Shown here piece by piece: positions 43,940 to 53,943 of a stretch of DNA of 64,000 nt. A model generated the notes under the pieces. It worked only from the letters and a program-made list of their open reading frames with translations, did not search any database and was not told the DNA's origin. How positions within the stretch are numbered: position 1 is the stretch's first letter; each line of letters starts with the position of its first letter. This DNA is from Clostridia bacterium (GTDB lineage Bacteria; Bacillota; Clostridia; Christensenellales; Borkfalkiaceae): positions 46,661-110,660 of the forward strand of contig JAGAOR010000008.1 of assembly GCA_017623605.1 (NCBI GenBank), written 5' to 3'. The translations under genes were made by a program, and so were the position numbers.

Positions 43940-45739
43940 TTATTCATCCATAACCAAATTTTCGAAACGGAAAGTGCGACAATCGACGAGCCCTCGATTG
44001 GTGATTCGTGTTTCAGGCAGACACGCCAAGGGGATTAAAGCCATCGTCATAAACGGCGAGGGGAGCGTGCACCCCACTTCTTTCCAAGCCTTTTCAAGCT
44101 GTTCCACTTTCTCGCTCATTTCTTCAAGCGGTTCGTCGTTCATAAGACCTGCGATCGGCAGGGGGACGAGCCCGAGAATCTCGCCGTCGGCAACGGCAAC
44201 CATACCGCCGCCACACGAGATTAACGTGTTTGCCGCAAGAGCCATATCTTCGTCGTTCGTACCAACGACGAGAAGATTATGCGCGTCGTGTGCGACCGTT
44301 TGTGCAAGCGCGCCTTTTCGGATACCAAAACCTTTCACGAATCCTCGTCCGACCGTGCCCGTTCTATGGTGTCTTTCAAAAACGGCAACTTTGAGAATAT
44401 CCCGTTCAACGTCCGCTTGCAGTGCGCCGTCAAAGACGGATATTTCCAAATGTTGATCAATCGTGCCTACGCGCGCGGGAATTACCTCAATCACGTGCGC
44501 TTTCACGGTGGCTTTTTTCGTGTTTACGGAGATACGGAAATCCGAGGGGGAAACCTTATCCAAACGTACGGAATTTTTTGCCGCGGTGGGATAGAGGTAG
44601 GGCGGGAAATCTTTCAAGATTTTACCATTTTGAGCGACGAGCTCGCCGTCGATAAACGTTGCGCAAATATGGCAAGCGTTAAGATCGTCGATAAGTACCA
44701 TATCGGCGCATTTAGAGGGGGTGATCGAACCCATATCGTGATCAAGTTGGAAGCATTGCGCCACGTTGATCGTTACCATTTGAATAGCGGTGATCGGATC
44801 AATACCTTCTTCAATCGCGCGTTTAACGATATAATCGAGATGTCCTTTCGTTTGTAAAGTGTTGGGGTGCGTGTCGTCGGAGATCAAGCAGGCAAAGCGA
44901 GAATCAACGATGTGATTGGTGATTGCTTTTGCGACTTCTTTCAGATCGTGCCAAGCAGAGCCCTCGCGAAGCATTGCATACATACCAAGCCGCATTTTTG
45001 CAAGCGCGTCCTCCTCGCGGGTGGATTCGTGGCAACAGCGCACACCCGAAGCAATGTAAGCGTTCAGTCCCTTGTCCGTTTCGGGCAACGAATAATGCCC
45101 CGTAGCGATTTTGCCCGCTTTAAGCGTTTCTCCAACGATCGCGTGCGTATGCTCGTTTGCACCCAAAATACCAGGAAAATTCATCATTTCGCCCAAGCCG
45201 ACGCAAGAATCCCAAAGCATCGTTTCGGCGACTTCTTTTGGTCCAATATTTGCACCCGTGTCCTCAAAACCCGGAACGGCGGGAACGCAAGAAGGGGTGG
45301 TGAGCATTGTTTTGAGCGGTGTGCGTTTCGCATCTTCAAGCATATACTTCACACCGTCGAGCCCCAACACGTTACAAATTTCGTGCGGATCCATAAAAAT
45401 ACCGCTCGTACCGTGCACAACGACGGCTTTTGCGTATTCGCCAACCGTGAGCATAGAGGATTCCACGTGAATGTGTCCGTCCATAAACGCGGGCGCGAGA
45501 TATTTGCCACTTCCGTCGATTACTTGCGTCGTATCGCCGATACAATGTTTACAGTCGCCGACCATAGCAATTCTACCTTTTGTTACGGCAACGTCTACGC
45601 CCTCTAAAATTTCGCGCGTGCAAACGTTGATAAGTTTTGCGTTCGTGATTACGAGTTCCGCTTTTTCGATACCTGCGGCAACTTTTACAAGTGATTGAGA
45701 ACATTCCCAAAGCGGGAATTTACAAAACGTATTGATCAT
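43940..45739 (-). CDS. ade: Adenine deaminase
   Basis: 599 aa amidohydrolase. FMDGHIHVESSML metal-binding motif, with length and layout typical of adenine deaminase. Confidence 0.8.
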   Translation of the reverse strand: MINTFCKFPLWECSQSLVKVAAGIEKAELVITNAKLINVCTREILEGVDVAVTKGRIAMVGDCKHCIGDTTQVIDGSGKYLAPAFMDGHIHVESSMLTVGEYAKAVVVHGTSGIFMDPHEICNVLGLDGVKYMLEDAKRTPLKTMLTTPSCVPAVPGFEDTGANIGPKEVAETMLWDSCVGLGEMMNFPGILGANEHTHAIVGETLKAGKIATGHYSLPETDKGLNAYIASGVRCCHESTREEDALAKMRLGMYAMLREGSAWHDLKEVAKAITNHIVDSRFACLISDDTHPNTLQTKGHLDYIVKRAIEEGIDPITAIQMVTINVAQCFQLDHDMGSITPSKCADMVLIDDLNACHICATFIDGELVAQNGKILKDFPPYLYPTAAKNSVRLDKVSPSDFRISVNTKKATVKAHVIEVIPARVGTIDQHLEISVFDGALQADVERDILKVAVFERHHRTGTVGRGFVKGFGIRKGALAQTVAHDAHNLLVVGTNDEDMALAANTLISCGGGMVAVADGEILGLVPLPIAGLMNDEPLEEMSEKVEQLEKAWKEVGCTLPSPFMTMALIPLACLPETRITNRGLVDCRTFRFENLVMDE

Positions 45740-45753
45740 AAAATACCTCGTCT

Positions 45754-46629
45754 TTACGCTTTCGTTGATTGCGTTTCCTCAAATTGATTTTCCAAAAAGC
45801 GTTTTACGTCGTAGTTTTGGTGATAAATAAGGTAAGTCGTAACGTTAGGAGCAATAAAATCCTTTAATGCAACCTCTTCCAGCATACCTTTTTTTAATTG
45901 TTCTTTCACGAGCTTATAAGGCAGGAAAGAATATCCGAGCCCTTTTTCAAGATAGGGGATAATCTTCGAAGAGTTATCTACGTCTAAACGGAACACGTGA
46001 TTTTTCGGGAAGAGGGAACGTATAAATACGCCCGCCTCGCTTAAAGTGAAATCGCACATCAAATAGGGTAATTTAGAAAGCTGTTCTTTCGTTACGCCGT
46101 TTGGATATTCGTTTTTGCCCTTACCGCAGACAAGGACTACGCGATCTACGTCGTACACGTCGCAAGCGTAACCGATTCGCTTTAAAGGTACGGCAGAAAA
46201 GACCATATCGAGCATATTGTCTTGAAGCTGTTGGATCAAATCAAGCGAGTGCCCGAGCGTAACTTTGATCGACGTAACGGAATTGTCCTTTAAGCATTCG
46301 TTTACGAGCGGTTTTACGTACGTTTCATACGTTGCGTTGATTGCCCCAATGGAAAACTTACGGCTGTGGGAATCTATTGCGTTCATTTCGTCGAGAGAAA
46401 TATCCTGCAATTCGAGAATACGCTCTGCATAGGGCAAGAAAATTCTACCCGCTTCCGTAAGAGAAACGGATTTCGTTTTACGGTAAAATAACCGTTTTCC
46501 GATTTCTTTTTCCAATTCGCAGATACGGTTAGTAACCGTTGATTGCGCAATAAAAAGCTGCTCTGCCGCCAAAGTGAAGTTCTTTACCTTCGATAAATGA
46601 ATAAATGTTTTGAGTTCTTCTGTGTTCAT
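45754..46629 (-). CDS. LysR-family transcriptional regulator
   Basis: 291 aa. N-terminal wHTH (LKTFIHLSKVKNFTLAAEQLFIAQSTVTNRICELEKEIG) plus a substrate-binding domain. Confidence 0.85.
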   Translation of the reverse strand: MNTEELKTFIHLSKVKNFTLAAEQLFIAQSTVTNRICELEKEIGKRLFYRKTKSVSLTEAGRIFLPYAERILELQDISLDEMNAIDSHSRKFSIGAINATYETYVKPLVNECLKDNSVTSIKVTLGHSLDLIQQLQDNMLDMVFSAVPLKRIGYACDVYDVDRVVLVCGKGKNEYPNGVTKEQLSKLPYLMCDFTLSEAGVFIRSLFPKNHVFRLDVDNSSKIIPYLEKGLGYSFLPYKLVKEQLKKGMLEEVALKDFIAPNVTTYLIYHQNYDVKRFLENQFEETQSTKA

Positions 46630-46769
46630 AGAAAAAAATGATTGTCCTTATCGGTTTTATCTATTATAGAAATTATACAACCAAATTGAGAAAAAAGCAA
46701 CTAAAAAGAGCGTATTTATAATAAAAAATATAATTTTTTTCCTATTTTAATATTTTTAAATGCGTGGGA

Positions 46770-46798
46770 TTGACAAAAATGTTTAAAAAGAGTATACT
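46770..46798 (+). promoter_or_regulatory. Sigma-A-type promoter for yggS
   Basis: TTGACA (46770-46775), 17-nt spacer, TATACT (46793-46798). Confidence 0.55.
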
Positions 46799-46823
46799 AA
46801 ATGAAAAATGCGCGAGGCAAATT

Positions 46824-47510
46824 ATGCAGACGGAAGAGATCAAAAAAAACGTGCGAGGAATTAAAACGGAGCTTGCGGGCGGGAACGTGTTTGGCGAGCG
46901 GGTAAGGCTGGTGGCGGCGACGAAAATGCAATCAGCAGAGGCGATCAACGAGGCGATTGAAGCGGGCGTGGATGCGGTAGCGGAAAACAAAGCGCAAGAA
47001 TTTCGCGATAAAAACGATTTGCTTCTACCGTGTCCCCGTCATTTTATCGGACGTTTACAAACGAATAAAGTGAAATATCTCGTAGGAAAAGTGGAATTGT
47101 TTCATTCCTGCGATCGGGACGAGCTTGCAAGCGAGATCGCGCGTCTTTCCGTTAAACAAAACGTTTGCTCGGGCGTGCTCGTGCAGGTGAACGTCGGTGA
47201 GGAAGAGAGTAAGGGCGGCTACGCCTACGAGGAGGCGAAAGCGGCGTTTCTACGTTTAACGAACGTAGAGGGATTATCCGTAAAAGGTTTTATGGCAATG
47301 TTACCTGAAACGGAGGAAGTGAAATTGCTTCGCGCGCTTACGCGTAAAATGCGTGCACTATTCGAATGGGCAAAGGAACGCTCGTCGGAGATTGCGTATT
47401 TATCTATGGGGATGAGCGGAGATTACGCCCTTTGCGTGGAAGAGGGAAGCAATATGATTCGGCTCGGTTCAACGATTTTCGGGGCTCGAAATTATCAAAC
47501 GGAAAGGTAA
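46824..47510 (+). CDS. yggS: YggS-family pyridoxal-phosphate homeostasis protein
   Basis: I chose the ATG at 46824 because the longer GTG ORF from 46764 contains the TTGACA-17-TATACT promoter. PLP-Lys motif LVAATKMQS. The resulting 228 aa is the typical family length. Confidence 0.8.
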   Translation: MQTEEIKKNVRGIKTELAGGNVFGERVRLVAATKMQSAEAINEAIEAGVDAVAENKAQEFRDKNDLLLPCPRHFIGRLQTNKVKYLVGKVELFHSCDRDELASEIARLSVKQNVCSGVLVQVNVGEEESKGGYAYEEAKAAFLRLTNVEGLSVKGFMAMLPETEEVKLLRALTRKMRALFEWAKERSSEIAYLSMGMSGDYALCVEEGSNMIRLGSTIFGARNYQTER

Positions 47511-47511
47511 A

Positions 47512-48330
47512 ATGAAAAACGTAAAAAAAGAAAATTATACGAGCGGTTACGCGCTTATAACGGGAGCTACAGGCGGTTTGGGTAGGGCGTTTGCCAATGC
47601 GATCGCGAAAAGAAGATGCAATCTCCTTTTAACGGGCAGAAGCGAAGAGAAGCTGATTGCGCTTAAAAATGAATTGTTAGAAAAATACGCCCTGAATAGC
47701 GTGCAAATCTATGCGGTTGATTTGACGGAAGAAGGGGGCAGGTACGCGTTTATGGAACGGATTAGAGCCGCGGGTTATAAAATTCGTTTGCTTGTGAACG
47801 CGGCGGGTGTAGACGTGCAAAAGGCATTGGCGGAATACACACAGGAAAAGATTGCTTTTCAATGCCGAGTAAATTTCGAAGCTGCGGTATCGCTTTGCAG
47901 GTTTACAATAGAGCAGCGAGCCGAGAGGTTGGAGATCGTTAATATATCCAGCGTTTCCGGAATTTATCCGATGCCGTATTTTGCGATTTACAGCGCGACG
48001 AAAGCCGCGCTCACTTCCTTTTCCGTCGCCCTCCGAGAAGAGCTTAAAGGGAAAAACGCGGCGGTTACGGCAATTCTTCCTGGGGCAATGCCCACGCGCG
48101 AAGATATTAAGGAACAGATCAAAGGGCAGGGGATTTGGGGCAAGCTTGCTGCAAAATCTCCGCAATCGGTAGCGGAATATTCTTTAAAGGCGGTTGGAAA
48201 AAACAAAGCGAAAGTAATCGTAGGATTTTGGAATAAATGTATGCGTTTTACGACGGCGGTATTGCCACAGCGTTGGAAACTCAAATTTATCGCCAAGCGT
48301 TGGAGTAAAATTTCCAAGGATTCTTTTTGA
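47512..48330 (+). CDS. SDR-family oxidoreductase
   Basis: 272 aa. ITGATGGLGRAF and YSATKAAL motifs. Confidence 0.8.
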   Translation: MKNVKKENYTSGYALITGATGGLGRAFANAIAKRRCNLLLTGRSEEKLIALKNELLEKYALNSVQIYAVDLTEEGGRYAFMERIRAAGYKIRLLVNAAGVDVQKALAEYTQEKIAFQCRVNFEAAVSLCRFTIEQRAERLEIVNISSVSGIYPMPYFAIYSATKAALTSFSVALREELKGKNAAVTAILPGAMPTREDIKEQIKGQGIWGKLAAKSPQSVAEYSLKAVGKNKAKVIVGFWNKCMRFTTAVLPQRWKLKFIAKRWSKISKDSF

Positions 48331-48378
48331 GAAAAAATAAAAAATAACAAAGAAAACGAAAATGGGGCTTGTAAATCC

Positions 48379-48407
48379 TTGACAAACGGGCTCTTTTTTT
48401 GTATAAT
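48379..48407 (+). promoter_or_regulatory. Consensus sigma-A promoter for the citrate synthase-aconitase-IDH cluster
   Basis: TTGACA (48379-48384), 17-nt spacer, TATAAT (48402-48407). Confidence 0.65.
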
Positions 48408-48469
48408 CGGTATACTAAATAAAAAAATATATTTTAATCGAAAAAATAAAACGTGAAAGGTGAGGTAGT

Positions 48470-49861
48470 ATGATCGAATTAAATCCTTCCAGTAATTTAT
48501 TAGAACAAGATCCGTACGAATACGAATTGCAAGACGTGCCGCAGGCGCAGTTGTTCCGAGATATTTACCCTTACGACGAGATACCCAAAACGCCGTTTAA
48601 TCATCGTCGCGTGCCTATGAATATGCCCAAAGAGATTTGGCTCACGGACACGACGTTTCGCGACGGACAACAATCGCGCGCGCCGTATACGTCCAAGCAA
48701 ATGGTGGATATTTATAAAATGCTTGCGCGGCTCGGCGGTCCGAAAGGGATTATTAGACAAAGCGAATTTTTCGTTTATACGAAAAAGGATCGTCAAGCCC
48801 TTGAAGAGTGTATGTCGCTCGGTTATAAATTTCCTGAAATCACTACGTGGATTCGCGCCAAGAAAGAGGATTTTGAACTCGTACACGATATAGGAATCAA
48901 GGAAACGGGTATTCTCGTGAGTTGTTCCGATTATCATATTTTCAAGAAATTGAATATGACGAGAAAGCAAGCGTACGATCATTATTTATCGGTAGTAAAA
49001 CAGGCTTTTGAAGCGGGCATTTCTCCCCGTTGTCATTTGGAAGATTTAACGCGCGCAGATTTTTATGGTTTCGTCGTGCCTTTCGTCAATAAGCTGATCG
49101 AGCTTTCGAAAGAAGCAAAAATCCCCGTCCGTATCCGTATGTGTGATACGATGGGCTACGGATTGCCGTTTACGGGTACTGCGCTTCCTCGAAGTGTTCC
49201 GGGTATCGTTTACGGTTTGCACCATTATTCAGACGTAACCTCGGAAATGCTTGAATGGCACGGACATAACGATTTCTATATGGGCGTTGCGAACGCGGTA
49301 AGCGCGTGGCTCTACGGCGCAAGCGGTATCAACTGTTCGCTTCTTGGAATTGGCGAGCGCACGGGCAACGTACCGCTTGAAGCAATGGTTATGCAGTATG
49401 CTTCGCTTCGTGGGACGTTGGACGGAATGGATACGACGGCAATTACGGATATTGCGGAATATTTCAAAAAGGAACTCGGCTACGACATACCGCCTATGAC
49501 GCCTTTCGTTGGTAGTGCGTTTAATCTTACTCGGGCGGGCGTACACGCAGACGGTATGATGAAAGACGCGGAAATTTATAACATTTTCGACACGGAAAAA
49601 ATTTTGAAACGGCCTGCGGAGGTTTCCATTTCCAACACGTCGGGCTTGGCGGGGATCGCGTATTGGATCAATAAGCATTTCCGTTTATCCGAGGAACAGC
49701 AAGTCGGAAAACAGGATTGGATCGTACAGACGATGAAAGAAAAGATTGACGAGCTCTACGCCGACGGCAGAACGACGGTTATGGGCGAGGGTGAGCTTGA
49801 ACAGCTTTTCCGTTCGTATGCAAAGGACGAGCGTTGCCGCTTGAATCCGTTTGATTTATAA
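48470..49861 (+). CDS. HMGL-like (isopropylmalate/homocitrate synthase family) enzyme, probably Re-citrate synthase
   Basis: 463 aa. DRE-TIM motif LTDTTFRDGQQS and a later HGHND metal motif. An aconitase gene and an isocitrate dehydrogenase gene follow immediately. Confidence 0.65.
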   Translation: MIELNPSSNLLEQDPYEYELQDVPQAQLFRDIYPYDEIPKTPFNHRRVPMNMPKEIWLTDTTFRDGQQSRAPYTSKQMVDIYKMLARLGGPKGIIRQSEFFVYTKKDRQALEECMSLGYKFPEITTWIRAKKEDFELVHDIGIKETGILVSCSDYHIFKKLNMTRKQAYDHYLSVVKQAFEAGISPRCHLEDLTRADFYGFVVPFVNKLIELSKEAKIPVRIRMCDTMGYGLPFTGTALPRSVPGIVYGLHHYSDVTSEMLEWHGHNDFYMGVANAVSAWLYGASGINCSLLGIGERTGNVPLEAMVMQYASLRGTLDGMDTTAITDIAEYFKKELGYDIPPMTPFVGSAFNLTRAGVHADGMMKDAEIYNIFDTEKILKRPAEVSISNTSGLAGIAYWINKHFRLSEEQQVGKQDWIVQTMKEKIDELYADGRTTVMGEGELEQLFRSYAKDERCRLNPFDL

Positions 49862-49870
49862 GGAGAATTT

Positions 49871-51805
49871 ATGGGTTATACGATTGCACAAAAAATTATT
49901 AAAAATCACCTCGTTTGCGGAAATATGGTTGCGGGCGAGGAAATCGGTTTAAAAATTGATCAAACGCTCACGCAGGACGCTACGGGCACGATGGCGTATT
50001 TGCAATTCGAGGCTATGGGGATTGATCGCGTGAAAACGGAGTTGTCCGTGGCGTATATAGATCATAACACCCTGCAAGCAGGCTTTGAAAATGCCGACGA
50101 TCACCGTTATATCCAAACAGTAACGAAAAAACACGGAATTCGCTTTTCCCGTCCGGGAAACGGCATTTGCCATCAAGTACATTTAGAGCGTTTTTCTAAA
50201 CCGGGGAAAACGTTAATCGGCTCTGATTCACACACGCCCACGGCGGGTGGTATCGGTATGCTTGGTATGGTCGCGGGCGGGCTCGACGTCGCCGTTGCTA
50301 TGGGCGGAGGTACGTATTACATAACGATGCCGAAAATGATAAAAATCAATCTCGTTGGCAAGCTTTCCGATTACGTAGGCGCAAAGGACGTCATTTTAGA
50401 AGTGTTGCGTATATTAGGCGTAAAAGGCGGCGTGGGCGCGATTGTAGAATACGGTGGCGAGGGAGTAAAAACGCTTTCCGTACCCCAACGCGCAACGATT
50501 ACGAATATGGGCGCGGAGCTGGGTGCAACGAGCTCCATTTTTCCCTCGGACGAGGTTACGAAAGCGTTCTTGAAAGCGGAGGGAAGAGAGGAGGATTATA
50601 TCGAGCTTTCTTCGGATGCGGACGCAGTGTTCGACGCGGAATATACGATCAATCTTTGTTCCTTGAAACCGCTTGCCGCTTGTCCGCATAGCCCCGATAA
50701 CGTGAAAAAAGTATCCGAGCTTTCGGGTATGAAGATCAATCAGGTATGTATCGGTTCTTGTACTAATTCCTCTATGCAGGATATGCTCACGGTTGCGGCA
50801 ATGTTAAAAGGTAAAACGGTGCATAAGGACGTAAGCCTTTCCATTTCGCCTGGATCAAAGCAGGTTTATACGATGCTCGCAGAATGTGGAGCGCTTGCCG
50901 ATTTGATTAACGCAGGCGCACGGATTTTGGAATGTGCGTGTGGACCTTGTATCGGTATGGGATTTTCGCCGCAATCGGCAGGGGTGAGCTTGCGTACGTT
51001 CAATAGAAACTTTCTTGCAAGAAGCGGGACGGCGGACGCACAAGTATATTTGGTTTCGCCTGAAACGGCAGCGGCTTCTGCAGTGGCCGGGGTGTTCACC
51101 GATCCTACGACGCTTGGCAAAGCACCCGCGCTTGAAATGCCAAAAACGTTTAAAATTAACGATAATTTAATCGAAATGCCCGTAAACGCCGAAGATATGG
51201 AAAGCGTAACGGTGGAACGCGGACCGAATATTAAACCAATTCCCGTTGGGAAAGCCCCCGATCGCGATCTGAAATGCGAGCTTATCTTAAAGGTGGGCGA
51301 CGATATAACGACGGATCACATTATGCCCGCAGGCACAAAGGTGTTGCCGTATCGCTCCAACGTTCCCAAGCTGTCGGAATTTTGTTTCACTGTTTGCGAC
51401 AAGGATTTCCCCGAACGCGCGAAAGCAAAAGGCGGCGGTGTGATTTTAGGCGGCGCGAATTACGGTCAAGGCTCATCGAGAGAGCACGCCGCGCTCGTTC
51501 CCTTGTATTTAGGGATCAAAGCGGTTGTGGCGAAAAGCTTTGCGCGTATTCACGTGGCAAACTTGATCAATTTCGGTATCGTGCCTATGACGCTTAACAA
51601 TCCCGCTGATTACGATTATTTCAACGAGGGCGACGAAATTGAGATCGTTGGCTTTGCGGAAGCGGTTGCGGGTAAAGACGAAGCGATTTTACAAAATAAA
51701 TCGAACGGTAAAAAGGCGAGCTTGAAACTTGCATTGTCTGCGCGACAAAGAGAGATTTTGCTCGCGGGCGGTAGATTAAATTATACGAAACAGGAGAAGA
51801 AATAA
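49871..51805 (+). CDS. Aconitate hydratase
   Basis: 644 aa. Fe-S cluster ligand motifs IGSDSHT, IGSCTNSS and CGPCIGM. Swivel domain with GANYGQGSSREHAA. Confidence 0.85.
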   Translation: MGYTIAQKIIKNHLVCGNMVAGEEIGLKIDQTLTQDATGTMAYLQFEAMGIDRVKTELSVAYIDHNTLQAGFENADDHRYIQTVTKKHGIRFSRPGNGICHQVHLERFSKPGKTLIGSDSHTPTAGGIGMLGMVAGGLDVAVAMGGGTYYITMPKMIKINLVGKLSDYVGAKDVILEVLRILGVKGGVGAIVEYGGEGVKTLSVPQRATITNMGAELGATSSIFPSDEVTKAFLKAEGREEDYIELSSDADAVFDAEYTINLCSLKPLAACPHSPDNVKKVSELSGMKINQVCIGSCTNSSMQDMLTVAAMLKGKTVHKDVSLSISPGSKQVYTMLAECGALADLINAGARILECACGPCIGMGFSPQSAGVSLRTFNRNFLARSGTADAQVYLVSPETAAASAVAGVFTDPTTLGKAPALEMPKTFKINDNLIEMPVNAEDMESVTVERGPNIKPIPVGKAPDRDLKCELILKVGDDITTDHIMPAGTKVLPYRSNVPKLSEFCFTVCDKDFPERAKAKGGGVILGGANYGQGSSREHAALVPLYLGIKAVVAKSFARIHVANLINFGIVPMTLNNPADYDYFNEGDEIEIVGFAEAVAGKDEAILQNKSNGKKASLKLALSARQREILLAGGRLNYTKQEKK

Positions 51806-51806
51806 A

Positions 51807-52985
51807 ATGGAAAAAGCAGAATATAAAGCGCAGCTGGACGAGGCTTGTGAAAAATTTAGAAAACTTATGTCCGATCAGCTTACGCGCGTGGAAGATATGA
51901 AAGCGCAGGGCGATTTCGTGGATTATGCGAAACTCGACACGATCAAAATTGGCGTTTGTGGCGGCGACGGAATCGGTCCAATCATATCCGCGCAAGCAAA
52001 AAAGGTACTCGAATTTATTTTAGCAGATCTCGTTGAGGCGGGCAAGGTTGAATTTAAAACGATAGAGGGTTTAACGATTGAGAACCGTATCGCCAAGGGT
52101 AAAGCCATTCCCGACGACGTAATGGCGGAGCTCAAAGCTTGTCATATCATCTTGAAAGGTCCGACGACTACGCCGCAAAAGGGTAGCGGTATGCCAAATA
52201 TCGAATCGGCGAACGTGGCTATGCGAAAGGCGCTCGATCTGTTTGCAAATATCCGTCCTGTGAAAGTGCCCGAAGAGGGGATCAACTGGACGATTTTCCG
52301 TGAAAACACCGAGGGTGGGTATGCGATCGGCTCGTCGGGCTTCAATATCACCGAAGATCTCGCCGTCGATTTCACCGTAACGACCAAACAAGGTTCTGAT
52401 CGTATCGCGCGGCTTGCCTACGACTATGCGAAAAAGAACGGTTTTAAACGCGTTTCTCTCGTAACGAAAGCGAACGTAATTAAAACGACGGACGGCAATT
52501 TCTTGGAAGATTGTCATAAAGTCGGCGATTTGTATCCCGAAATCACGACGGACGAATGGTATGCGGATATTATGACGGCAAAGCTCGTGGATAAAAAACG
52601 TCGCCGCGATTTTCAAGTCCTTTTATTGCCGAATCTTTACGGAGACATTATTTCGGACGAGGCTGCGGAATTTCAAGGCGGCGTCGGCACGGCAGGGTGC
52701 GCGAATATCGGTAAAAAATACGCAATGTTCGAAGCGATACACGGTAGCGCGCCGCGTATGATCACGGAGGGGAGAGGTAAATACGCCGATCCTTGCTCTA
52801 TGCTCCGTGCGTGCGTTATGCTTCTTTCGCATATCGGTTTGCAGGAACGGGCGGATAAGCTCGAACGCGCGCTGGACATTTGCTCGTTTGAGGAAAAGAA
52901 ATACGTAATCACCGGTAGAGATACGGGCGCGACCTGTGAGGAATTCGGCGCGTACGTTATGGAAACCTTGCAAAAGCTTTTATAA
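51807..52985 (+). CDS. Isocitrate dehydrogenase (isocitrate/isopropylmalate dehydrogenase family)
   Basis: 392 aa. Motifs FRENTEG, LLPNLYGDIISDEAA and HGSAP. The genomic context with the citrate synthase-like and aconitase genes supports the call. Confidence 0.7.
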   Translation: MEKAEYKAQLDEACEKFRKLMSDQLTRVEDMKAQGDFVDYAKLDTIKIGVCGGDGIGPIISAQAKKVLEFILADLVEAGKVEFKTIEGLTIENRIAKGKAIPDDVMAELKACHIILKGPTTTPQKGSGMPNIESANVAMRKALDLFANIRPVKVPEEGINWTIFRENTEGGYAIGSSGFNITEDLAVDFTVTTKQGSDRIARLAYDYAKKNGFKRVSLVTKANVIKTTDGNFLEDCHKVGDLYPEITTDEWYADIMTAKLVDKKRRRDFQVLLLPNLYGDIISDEAAEFQGGVGTAGCANIGKKYAMFEAIHGSAPRMITEGRGKYADPCSMLRACVMLLSHIGLQERADKLERALDICSFEEKKYVITGRDTGATCEEFGAYVMETLQKLL

Positions 52986-53001
52986 ATTAGAAACGTTTAT
53001 T

Positions 53002-53030
53002 AAAAACCTCCTTCTTGCAAGGAGGTTTTT
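53002..53030 (+). terminator. Intrinsic terminator after the isocitrate dehydrogenase gene
   Basis: AAAAACCTCCTT cttgc AAGGAGGTTTTT. Confidence 0.75.
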
Positions 53031-53062
53031 CCTTTGAAACGCTTTACAGGATATTTTTTTTG

Positions 53063-53071
53063 TGATATAAT
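53063..53071 (+). promoter_or_regulatory. Extended -10 element upstream of the first unknown membrane protein gene
   Basis: TGaTATAAT lies 22 nt upstream of the ATG at 53094. I saw no clear -35 element. Confidence 0.4.
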
Positions 53072-53093
53072 AGCGATAGAGGACGTAAAATAT

Positions 53094-53921
53094 ATGAGAT
53101 ATACGTTACAATCGAGTAAATACGTTTTTAAAAATTTTATTTACATTTTTCCGTTTGCAGTGCTTCCCGCGCTATTTTTATCCGTTTCCACGGACGAGGA
53201 GGCAATGATTTTCGTGCTTGAAAGCTTTTTTTCAGGCGCGATCGACGCGTGGGATTTTTCAAATCTGTTTTGCGCGGTGTCCGTGTTAAATTTTGCTTCG
53301 TGGAAAGCGATTGCGTTCGGGCTTATCGGCGTTGTGGCGATCGTACTTTGCGTGTCGCTGATGATGGCGCTTATGGAAAAGCATATGCGAATTGGTAAAC
53401 GCACCTTTAACGGGATTTTTTCCAAGCTCAACGATAATCTGTTGCCGACGAGCGGTTACGCGATATTATTGTTGACGATTTACGAATTGTGGTCGCTCGT
53501 TACGGCGGCGCTTCTGTATCTCGTATCTCTGCTTCCTATGCCCGTGCTTGCATATGCGTTTGCTATAATCACGTTTTTAGCGGCACATTTCGCGCTTTTA
53601 TATTCGGTCAATATTATCTATTTGTGGCTACCATGTATGCAAATAACGGGATTTCGGGCGGCGGAAGCACTCTATTATTCCAATCAACTTGCCGCGCCCG
53701 TAAGGTGGCGGATTTTGCTTGGACAAACTGCAACTCTGCTAATGATGGACGCACTCGTTTATCTTTGCTTAATCTTCGTACCCGAACCCATTGTTTTTAC
53801 GATACTTACCACGTTATTGTACGCGCTTGTGATTATGATTTATTGCGTTCGTATGCAGATTGCTTATTTTGATCTTGATCATATTGAACGCGCGGATATT
53901 ACGAAATATTACCAACGATAA
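53094..53921 (+). CDS. Polytopic membrane protein, unknown function
   Basis: I chose the ATG at 53094 (AGAGGA upstream). The longer TTG ORF from 53034 starts inside the upstream terminator. Several predicted TM helices. Confidence 0.55.
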   Translation: MRYTLQSSKYVFKNFIYIFPFAVLPALFLSVSTDEEAMIFVLESFFSGAIDAWDFSNLFCAVSVLNFASWKAIAFGLIGVVAIVLCVSLMMALMEKHMRIGKRTFNGIFSKLNDNLLPTSGYAILLLTIYELWSLVTAALLYLVSLLPMPVLAYAFAIITFLAAHFALLYSVNIIYLWLPCMQITGFRAAEALYYSNQLAAPVRWRILLGQTATLLMMDALVYLCLIFVPEPIVFTILTTLLYALVIMIYCVRMQIAYFDLDHIERADITKYYQR

Positions 53922-53943
53922 ATCTTCAAAGGAGGAAAAACGT

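Noticed and set aside
43872-45698. Several plus-strand ORFs (43872-44456, 44279-44857, 44867-45607, 45111-45470, 45471-45698) opposite the adenine deaminase gene
   Set aside because: They overlap one another in different frames and are all antisense to a 599-aa amidohydrolase with clear motifs. I saw no start-site signals.
45740-45753. A purine riboswitch upstream of adenine deaminase
   Set aside because: Only 14 nt separate ade from the upstream LysR gene, which is far too short for an aptamer.
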